A stretch of DNA of 64,000 bases from positions 89,158,001-89,222,000 of the forward strand of contig NC_087437.1 in the NCBI RefSeq assembly GCF_036321535.1, in the 5' to 3' direction. The notes beneath the pieces are model-generated. The model was not told the origin of the DNA, did not search any database, and saw nothing but the letters and a program-made list of their open reading frames with translations. Position 1 is the first letter of the stretch. Every line of letters starts with the position of its first letter. This document shows, piece after piece, positions 54,301 through 64,000 of this stretch. A program made the translations under genes and the position numbers. Source of the stretch: Camelus dromedarius. Taxonomy: Eukaryota.

Positions 54301-54337
54301 ACTCAATTCTTGATCTACCTTCTGCATAGTTCTCCCC

Positions 54338-54724
54338 TGTTAAGGACTGAATGTCTGTGCCCCACCTAAAATGTACATGTTGAAGATCTTATCCCCAGTG
54401 TGATTGTATTGAGAAGTGGGACCCTGGGAGGTAATCAGGTTCAGATAAGGTCATGAAGATGAAGCTCCCATGATGGAATTAGTGACCTTATAAGAAGAAG
54501 AGACATTAGAACATCCCCCTCCCCTCATGTAAGGGCACAGCCAGGACTGTGAGGATACAGAAAGAAGCTTCTGCTGCAAGCCAAGAAAAGGGCACCCAGT
54601 GGAATCCACCCATGCTGGTACCCTGATCTCAAATTTTCAGCCTCTGGAATGGCAAGAAAATTAATTTCTGTTGTTTAATCTACCTAATCTATGGCATTTT
54701 GTTATAGTAGTCAGAGCTAAGACA
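54338..54724 (+). mobile_element. MaLR LTR (MLT1A0-like)
   Basis: tgttaaggactgaatgtctgtgcccc...catgatggaattagtgaccttataagaaga...catgctggtaccctgatctc...tatggcattttgttatagtag...gctaagaca. Confidence 0.85.
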
Positions 54725-55350
54725 CCACCCAATCACCCGGTTTCTCAAGCCAAGAACCTGGGAGTCATCTTTCATTCCTTTGAAGTCTCCATATATCATA
54801 TCTAAAGCAACAGGAGGTTCTTTGGACTATATTCTTATTATTTTCCTGATGAAAACCTTCCAATGGCTGTTCCTGCAATAATAATGCAATCTAAATTAAT
54901 TTTAACCCATGTTTTCCTCTCTGCCCCTTCCCTTACCACTCCTCTCTTGATTCACGCACTCTAGTCATGCTAACATTTCTGTTACATACACCACAAAGTC
55001 CATCCCTAACTAAGACTCTGTACTTGCTCTCTCTTTGCCTGGAAGGCTCTTCTTCCGTACCTTCTTGTGGCAATCTCATTTTATCATTCAGTCTCAGCAC
55101 ATGGTCCTGCTGCCCAAAATGTTTTTCTCTGACCATGCTAGCTAAATTAGCTTCCAGTACCACACCTGTCATACTCGAGTTCCTTCTGGGAATTTGTCGC
55201 TTTCTGAGTGACTATACTTTTTGTTTCCATGTTTTATTTCCATCTCACTTTATAAAATATATCCCATAGGATGTGAATATTATTTATCTTATGAATTGCT
55301 ATATTCCTAACATGTACAACAGCACCTTAATATATCATGAATGGCTTAGG
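54725..55350 (+). mobile_element. LINE-2 remnant
   Basis: ctcaagccaagaacctgggagtcatctt...ccttccaatggct...ctctttgcctggaaggctcttc. Confidence 0.6.
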
Positions 55351-55470
55351 AGGTACTTTAAGCAGCATACTAAAATTTTAATTCTATATCATGATGCAAA
55401 GTGGTTTTATTGACCAAATATATGTATGATATTCAATACAAAATCTTAATCCCAGTCAGATGTGTGAATC

Positions 55471-56077
55471 AGAAAATAAACTTTTTTTTTTTAGGTTCCA
55501 CATATGAGCAATCTCATATGGTATTTTTCTTTCTCTTTCTGGCTTACTTCACTTAGAATGACATTCTCTAGGCACATCCATGTTGGTGCAAATGGCATTA
55601 TGTTGTCATTTTTATGGCTGAATAGTATTCTGTTGTATAAATATGCCACATCTTCTTTATCCAGTCATCTGTTGATGGACAGAAAAAAAAAAAAAGAACA
55701 TAAATACAAACAGAAACAGACTCATAGACATAGAATACAAACTTGTGGTTGACAAGAGGGAGGGGGGTGGGAAGGGACAGATTGGGAGTCCAAAATTTGT
55801 AGATACTGACAGGCATATGCAGAATAGATAAACAAGATTATACTGTATAGCACAGGGAAGTATATACAAGATCTTGTAGTAGCTCACAGTGAAAAAAAAT
55901 GTGACAATGAATATATGTATGTTCATGTATAATTGAAAAATTGTGCCCTACACTGGAATTTGACACAACATTGTAAAATGACTATAACTCAATAAAAAAG
56001 TCTTAAAAAACAAACAAATAATAATAATACAAAACAGAAAATAAATAGTAATAATACAAAAAAGAAAATAAACTTTT
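55471..56077 (+). mobile_element. 5'-inverted (twin-primed) young L1
   Basis: TSD AGAAAATAAACTTTT at 55471-55485 and 56063-56077; antisense L1 ~55486-55680, sense 3'UTR from ~55681 with AATAAA and A-rich tail. Confidence 0.9.
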
Positions 56078-56459
56078 GAATAAAGCATAACAAGATCAAT
56101 TTAGGATTTGCCCTTAAGATTTTCCCTTAAAATATGTTTGTAAATTGTTCAACCTCTTTGCTATTTTCTGAACAGAAACAAAAAAGTGGTAATATTTATA
56201 AAATATACCATAAATATAATTTTTCAGTTTAGTATATATTACAGTAAAACATGTTTACATATATAACTAGGACAAATTTAAAAAGGGAAAAATTATATTC
56301 ATTAACTCCCCCTCCCCCACACACATACAGTCTGGGAAAATACAATCACCACTCAATGTGAATTAGATTGTCCAATCATGCATTCCTTCCATAAGCATAT
56401 ATGAGGTAATGACTTTATATGAGGGGAAGAGTGGATTTCATATTAGAAAGCAAAGATAT

Positions 56460-57150
56460 TTGTAAATGATACGGTCCTGTCCTCAAGAAAATTAGTTTAG
56501 GTGAAGAGACAGACATGAAAATAAATTATTAAAATGCAAGGGAGCTAGAGACACAAAGATAGACATGTACATAGGCTAATATGGAATCGTATGTGAGGAG
56601 GGTCCCAATGGCTGAAATGTGGGAAGAGAGAGGAAGTGATTCCTGAGCTGAATCTTACAGATGACTCAATATTGGCAAGGCAAAGAGGGAGGGAGTGATT
56701 CTATGTAAGGGATTATGTGAGGGGCAAAAGCATACGGAAAAATCTAAGAGGTGAAGAAGGAGCAAGTAGGACTCTGATTAAATAGTGCCTTATCTTCAGT
56801 TCTTAGTTCATTGATCTTCCATTAATTCCCTAAACAAATACTTGAGTAGCTCATATCAGGTACCATGCAGGATGCTTCATAGTAAAGAGCTTGAACTTTG
56901 TACTGTAAGTGAGAACAATAGATTTTGTGATGGCTTGTATTTGAGGATACATTACTCTGGCGTTTTGGCAGAGAGATAAATTGAAGGGTTTAGGACTGGA
57001 GGCAGGGAGGCTGTTGTAATAATCCATGCACAAGTTGATAATGGTCTGCATTAGTGCAGTGCTAATAGAGTAGAGAGAATGAGATAGATCTAAGAAATAT
57101 TTAAGAGAAAACATTAGCAAATTTTGCAAGTGAGAGAGAGGAGTAATTGT
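56460..57150 (-). mobile_element. LINE-2 remnant(s)
   Basis: ggtcctgtcctcaagaa...gagacagacatgaaa...gagctgaatctta...gactggaggcagggaggctgttgtaataatcca. Confidence 0.6.
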
Positions 57151-59308
57151 CAGCTATATGAAGTGAGCAAGGAGAGTTTATTAACCTATGCCTTTTATCA
57201 GTTCATTAATAGCTTGAAAGGCAAAGGTTCTGTAAAATGGCATGATCTGTCAAGTGTGGTGCCTCAGCTAAACTTCCTAACAAGGCAAAAAAGAAATCTA
57301 CTTCTCTTTTCCTTCTTTCCATGTTGCCCTTGTCCTGGTGTCAGAGTCCTATAGACTTCTCTCCCTGAAGGAAGAGGTCTGTTAGATACTGTAGGTCAAA
57401 GAGGAGAGGCAAGAACTCCCCACTCCAAACCCTGTCATTGTTCATTAGTCTGTTCCTTTCTCAGTACACGTATTATGAGACTAAATGAGAGAAGAGAGAT
57501 CTGAGTGTTTTGCATGTACACAGCTTGGATTTTTACATAGTGCCCTTGCTGAATAAGAACGAAGAGGGGCTAATTAATCAACTTTCTGCCCCTGGATTGA
57601 ATTCCATCTAAAGAATCCAGGGCAGACTAGCCTTTTTATTGACAGTCACCAAGATAGAAAACTATATAACTATTGTGTTACAGTATGATTTTTATTTACA
57701 AGCATATTTTCAGTCTTTATGTAAGCAAACTTGCTTTCTTTATGAAGATAGACACAAAGTCTCCATGCATTACTTGAACTTAAAAAAAAAATTAAACTCA
57801 ATTTTGTACAGGAAATTCCAATAACATTTTTCAAATAAATAATATCTCACCAGACTATTGTAATGGTTAGATTAATTTCTGATTATTGAATTATTTTAAT
57901 TCAATTCTTTGTAAGTCCAGATAAGATTATGTTGACAAGTTCAAAAATATCTTGTTCTCTTTTATCTGTAAGTATAATACTACTCTTACAAAAATAAATA
58001 CATTTGAATTCCTAATGAATATTTATTTCTAACTATAAAGAAATGAACAGAACAATTTAAGTGGTGTGTAATAGGTAAATTATATATCTTTTCTCTTCTA
58101 CTCTGATAACATTGAACGTTACTCATCATTTTGTTTTCATTTAAGCATGTTCTGGAAAAATCATATTTAATCTAATTAACTATTTTCTTTGTAGGTATGC
58201 AACGAGAAGATCTAGAATGTGTCTTTAATACAAACCTATGGAGATCTTAAATAATTCCAGAAGTTTTCTGTTGGCTAAAATGAAACTGTAAAACTTTAAT
58301 ATTTGGACATTAAATATTATATGATTTATAATATAAATCTATGACTTATATCCAAAATCTATGATTGACATCCCGTCAATTATAAATTAATATATTTTAT
58401 TATTAAAGTGCATTCAGTCACATGATTGAGAGTACAACTTAGGCGTTAAAACAGTGATTGTAATACCTCTTGCTACTTTCTAAAAATATTATATTAAAAT
58501 TAAATGAATTTATTTTTATCCTTACAATGACAAGAAATTGACTAGAATAGGTAGTACAAAAGTGAATTAAAATGGTAATGGCAAAAACTGAGTGAACTCT
58601 GGGTCATTACAGGCTGCAGGCTGTCCCATTATACTTAAAAATTAAACTGCATTAAGAATTTTCAGACTAAAGTCCAACAGGATTTAAAATATATAAATAT
58701 CTCATTTTACTTCAAGTGCCTCAAGATAGATAGGTAGATAGTTAAGTATGGATATATACCTTTATATCTATATGTAGATACAGATATCCTGTCTGTGTAA
58801 TTTTAGAGTTTTAATTGAAATTTAGTCTGCAAAAGTGAATAGGCACCTATGCTTATGTGATGCCTAAATTTTTCATCAACATTCAGTCAGTTTTTGTGCT
58901 GTGTGTTGAATAAAGGCCATATTGGGTGACTGACCTCTGTAAGTGGAGTAGGAAGCTGGGGAATCACGGAACTGCATACACTTACATATACCCACCAGCA
59001 CCACCAGTCAACCTGCCAGAATTCTGTAATTCCCTCCATTAGTTAGGGTATTACATTAATATATTAACAGTGACACATGATGCAAAAAGTTAAGTGTTTG
59101 TTAATTATGCAGAGATATACAGATATAAACTATTATCAGCACACAAGTCGTACTTTGTCATGCCTTGTTTTTTTATCATGTCTACCAAAAAATCTATTAT
59201 TTATCTAAAAAGGTGTTCAAAGGAGGTTCTACTTAGAGACATAAAAACTATCTCTAGTGAAATATTACAAATATCAAAAAGAATCTACTTAAATATCTTG
59301 TCAATAAA

Positions 59309-59428
59309 TCTATTTAAATATAAATATATTTAATATATATAAATAATATATATAATATATAATATATTTATATATTATAATATAATAATATATAATAATA
59401 TATATATATTTAATATATATAAATATAT
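59309..59428. repeat. AT-only low-complexity tract between 20-bp direct repeats
   Basis: ~120 bp with a single C; TTAAATATCTTGTCAATAAA at 59289-59308 and 59429-59448. Confidence 0.85.
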
Positions 59429-61033
59429 TTAAATATCTTGTCAATAAAGATTGATACATATATTGTTAATTTTCCAATAGAATTAATTTTCCTGTAGAAT
59501 TTCAATATATCATAATTTAGTGAATTTCAGGGAGTTTGGATACTAAATTATACTAAATTATATTCTTAATTTCCTCTGTGTTTTACATGTAATACCAATA
59601 TGCCAAAACCTGTTTTACTTCAGTGTATTCTTAATCACTAAAGGCATTCACGAATTGTAGGCTTGCAGTATGTAACAGATTACTATTCTATGAAGAACAA
59701 TATGATCTCTTAGGCCGTCTTTCTGTGTTGAGTTCCATCGATAATACATTTCGGAACACTGCAATATAAAAATGAACAAAGAAAAAAATTTCTTCGTCAT
59801 CTCTTGGGTATTGTACAATGCAAATTTTATCAGTTCTTTTCTAAGACAAAACACAAACCTCTCACCTATTAAACATGATAAATTAACATAAAAGATACAC
59901 TGGAGTCCAAAGACAAAATGGAAGAGATAGTATTACTCACTGGGAAGTCTAAACACAATGGAAGAACTTGAATTATTTTTACTCTGTTATTCCTGTGCAA
60001 CAAAAGAGCCAGGAAGGACATTGCAAATTCACTACACGTGGCCTCTTTATTTGTAATTTCTTTCTATTTGAGAAAATGTATTATTTGATATATTAAATAA
60101 TTGTATTCCACCCGAAATAGTAAAATTCTATTTACTGAGTCCATGTTTTTGTATTAATGTTCAATATAAATTTTAAAGTTATTTCATTCAGGAAAATGTT
60201 CCAAAATAATGAAATTGGAAACATAATATCTAAATAAAAAAAAAATAGGCAGAAGTGACAATTAGAAGATAAGTGGCTTTTTACTATGTCAAGGAAAGGA
60301 AAAGTAGTTTAGTTTTACAAGTATAGCTGTGGTCCCAAGGGGAAGAAAATCATTTCATGTTAAAAAGAAATGCAGTCCAATAAAGGTCCAAAATTTCTAT
60401 AGTTGAAATTTCAACTAAATTTATGCTCTCATTCAATCGTCCCATCTCAAAAGGTCTCTATATGTTAGACAATCCTGTTTCTACTTTAACAATCTAAAAC
60501 TTTCCAATATGAAATAATAATCATACTGGATAAATTTCAAAAATTTATTCCTAAAAATATATGCTGCTACAGAAATCAAGGTATTGTAAAAATCTCAAAA
60601 ATATAAGAAATGCAATTCAGGAGATATAAGTAAACACTAAATTGCTTTATGAGCATCTGTTGACCCTTGGTTGAAGGTAGCCTGCCTGAAGTTTTCGTTT
60701 TAACTGGCTGAAAACCATAAATAGGGCAAATCCTGGACAGGAGGTTCAATCAGAAAACTCTTCATAAAGTTGGAATTCTGGAAAAGTACTGTCTTCAACT
60801 GGGTAAAACTCAAAAAAATACTAAAATTCAGAAGTTGTTTGGGACACTTTTTTTTTTTTGCCTAAAAAACCCAAATCTCTCCTGGGATTTCCTAAACATA
60901 GTCTGCTGTCAAATATACTTGATATCAAAATTGACTCTATTATGTAGTACTCAAACTATAAGCTAAAGATTTAGTTTAAAGTTGTCCTAGACAGGTCCTT
61001 GCCCCTATTTACCTAGAGAAGCAACACAGTCTC

Positions 61034-61139
61034 GAAGAAAGAAAGAAAGATAGAAAGAAGAAAGAAGGAAAGAAAGAAAGAAGGAAAGAAGGAAAGAAAG
61101 AAAGAAAGAAGGAAGGAAGGAAGGAAGGAAGGAAAGAAA

Positions 61140-61219
<80 letters not shown>

Positions 61220-61511
61220 AAAGAAAGAAAAGAAAGAAAAGGAAGGAAGGAAGGAAGGAAAGAAAGGAAAGAAAGAAAAGGAAGGAAGGAAGGAAGGAAG
61301 GAAAGAAAGGAAAGAAAGAAAGAAAGAAAAAGAAAGAAAGAGAGAAAAAAAGAAAGAAAGAAGGAAGGAAGGAAGGAAAGGAAAGGAAAGGAAATGAAAG
61401 AAAGAGAAAGAAAGAAAGAGGAAGGAAGGAAGGAAAAAAAGAAAGAAAAAGAAAGAAAGGGAGGGAGGGAGGAAAAGAGGAAAGGAGGGAGGAAGGAAGG
61501 AAGGAAGAAAA
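61034..61511. repeat. Compound (GAAA)n/(GGAA)n polypurine tract, ~478 bp
   Basis: Read directly; only two pyrimidines (T) seen on the plus strand. Confidence 0.97.
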
Positions 61512-62199
61512 CTTTAAGGCCTTCAAAAAATCTCCAAAATTTATTTTAAGGATAGAACATTATCAAAAATGATAGGTAGATAATAGGCACCCTGTGTGAC
61601 AGTTAATTGAAACAAAAATTTTATAATCAGAATTTTAAAATCTGTAATTAATGGAATTATCAGATACGTAATATAAAAATATATTTAATATGCTTAGAGA
61701 AATAAAATATAGAATTTGAAGTATAAGAAAGCAAAGAGACTATCAAAAAGGTCTAAGTAGGTTTGAAAAAGAAGCTAATCAATAAACTTAAATTTTATAC
61801 ATAAAATGTAATATAAATAAATATACATATGTGAATAAAAAATTCAATGCAGGACTTACTGTTTCTGATATTTATGAGTCATACTTTTGAGGCTGGTTGT
61901 GATAATTTGGCTCATAAAAAAATTTCTTTTTTGAGAATAATTGTGGAGACTGGCAAATTTGAATATGGTGTTGAAGGTGTAAAATAAAATCACATGGCTA
62001 ACAGAATACAGAAATTCTTTAAAGAGAGCCATCCTATTCATACTGTTAGGGTCTACTAGCAGCAACCACAGTCAGCTGGTAGACAAAGACACCTTTTTCC
62101 TTAAGCTTCAGATTATGCTTTCACATTTTTGTTTCTTGTATAATGACATGTGCACAGTCAAAGCAGTCAAGGCACTCAAGAAAACAATTCCATGTAAGT

Positions 62200-63460
62200 T
62201 TAACCACAGAAACAGATAAGGAAGAGGCACAAAAAGATTTTGGATATTAAATATTAGACATAGAATATAAAATATCTAATATACATAACATATAAATATA
62301 AAACTTATATATGAAAACTATTTTAAAATATATTAATATATATTTAAGCCAGAGAAAACCATTAAAAATAACAGTGAACTTAAAAATCATATTGAAATGG
62401 ATTGTCTAGAAGTGAAAAACACATTAACTAAAAGTAAAATACTATATGGTTTTACACCTATTTAGACTAAACAGAAAACATAATTAGTAAACTGGAAGAG
62501 AGGTCATTAAACATTATCCAGATTTGAGAACACATACCTATGAAAAATCCAATGGGAATAGAAGACGAATCTTTAAGGTCTAACATGCATATAAGTAGAA
62601 ACTCAGAATAGAAGAGAGAAAGAATGGGAAAGACATGAAATGAAATGTGAACAATAATCACTAAGCATTTTCAGAACTGATGAAAATCATCAAGCTATAG
62701 AATCAAAAAGCCCAATTTATTAGAAAAAAGAATAAGTAAAAAGGAATTCACACACAGACATGTTAAAAATATTGCAGAAAACAAAATACAACAAATTCTT
62801 AAAGGAGCAGAGGAGGAAGCAGGCCAGATTATCTATCAGTAGTGAACAGTAAGTAGATCAACTTCAGTCCACAGACCATACTGAATAGTAGTAGAATTCT
62901 ATAAAACACCCCCCGCACACACACAAACTCTATGATTTAATTTTTTAAATTTTGTTTAATAAGATATTTAGCAAGGTTTGTAGTTACAAGACCAATGAAA
63001 AAAGGTCAATGAGCACAAGTCAATTGAATTTCTTTTCATTAATAAAAAGTTGGAAATTTAAAATAAAGCATAACTTACAATACTTTAAAAATAAACACTA
63101 TTTAGAAGTAAATTCAATAAAAGTTATACAAGAGCTTTATTGTAAGGAATTAAATATTTATATAAAGCATTGGAAGACTCTATTCCACAAATTGACTTGG
63201 GGATTCAGTTGTCACTGTCAATGAAATCATAACCAGGTATTTTCTAGAAACTGATAGGCTGATTCTACATTTTAATATTAGAACAAGGAGCCAAGTAGAA
63301 GCAAAATTTTCCTATAAAAGAAGTCCAAGGAGGAAGAGGATATATTAGTAGTTTTATTAAATAAAAACATTATAGTATTGGTGATCAAGTACAAATAAAC
63401 TGACCATTTATTTGTGAAAATATAACAGAAATGGCATTACAGATCTTAAAGAAGAAGATG
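62200..63460 (+). mobile_element. Very old L1 remnants (ORF1-like, then ORF2-like)
   Basis: attagtaaactggaaga...aaggtctaacatgc...ttttcagaactgatgaaa...; atttagcaaggtt...; ctagaaactgataggctgattcta. Confidence 0.55.
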
Positions 63461-64000
63461 CACTATTCTAGTATTTCTTGCTCCTTTATAAGATTCATCT
63501 GTCTGTCTTACTTTTGCTTTTGTATTCTTTGGTAGTTTTGTACATTTTCTCTCTCTTTTCTCTGGTTTTCAACAAAATTACTATGCTACATCTAGGTGTG
63601 GTTTGCTTTGCATTTATCTAAATTTGAGTTCATCGTGACTGATATCACTCAGCAAAATTCTGATAATTCTCAGCCATTGTATCTTCAAATATCGCATCTG
63701 TTTCATTTTTACTCTTTCTCCTCTGAGATTCCAATTACAAATATGATAGACATTTCATTATATCCTCCATATCTCTTGTACATTTTTATATATTCTTTTC
63801 ATCTCTCCGTGCTTTTGTCCTCAGCCATTCTCATGTCCCATAGCCCCATTTTCTAATTTTTGTCCAGCTTTGACTAATCTATTAATGTCATCCTTCACAG
63901 TCTTAATTTCTGTTATTTGTACGTTTCATCTCCAGGAGTTCCATTTGGTTCTTTTTGAAAGATCAAGCCTTCTGCCGGAATTATCAAATCCCTTTTGTAT

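Noticed and set aside
58195..58250. Plus-strand acceptor followed by (G)MQREDLECVFNTNLWRS*
   Set aside because: Isolated site; I found no phase-compatible plus-strand exon chain to support it.
58831..58875. Imperfect hairpin TAGGCA...TGCCTA (possible ancient repeat or structured RNA)
   Set aside because: Arms too short and mismatched to distinguish from chance.
59735..59758. FRNVLS resembles a stretch I recall from a PDE11A N-terminal isoform
   Set aside because: Only six residues match and the following sequence diverges; treated as chance, so no gene symbol assigned.
61005..61526. Longest ORF (173 aa, F/L/S/P-rich)
   Set aside because: Translation of the (TTTC)n/(TTCC)n microsatellite; stop-free only because of low complexity.
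1..64000. Prokaryotic systems (CRISPR arrays, operons, defence islands)
   Set aside because: The sequence is mammalian and repeat-rich; no repeat-spacer array or dense ORF structure is present.

Overview
AT-rich mammalian genomic DNA, most likely camelid (camel/alpaca lineage): it carries three copies of a tRNA-derived SINE that I recognise as the camelid Vic-1 type, plus several young, mutually similar L1 3' ends. There is no long genuine protein-coding ORF; the ORF track is mostly transposon remnants, simple repeats and chance ORFs with GTG/TTG starts. The window reads as intronic/intergenic DNA layered with L1, L2, MIR, MaLR (MLT1), hAT/Tigger MITEs, an ERVK-type solo LTR with 6-bp TSD and a 3'-truncated 7SK pseudogene. 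Highlights: (1) a 1.35-kb TSD-flanked, polyadenylated retrocopy of a chimeric ERV + unassigned-sequence transcript at 1698-3083 that contains no L1 or SINE; (2) five small minus-strand AG/GT-bounded segments over ~44 kb whose phases join into one open 87-codon frame of an unidentified gene; (3) a CpG-enriched promoter-like block at ~27.4-28.0 kb; (4) a 47-bp dispersed duplication; (5) clear retrotransposition signatures (twin priming, internal priming, nested insertions, a possible 3' transduction). Repeat family names come from recall of consensus sequences, not database searches, and old-repeat boundaries are approximate.
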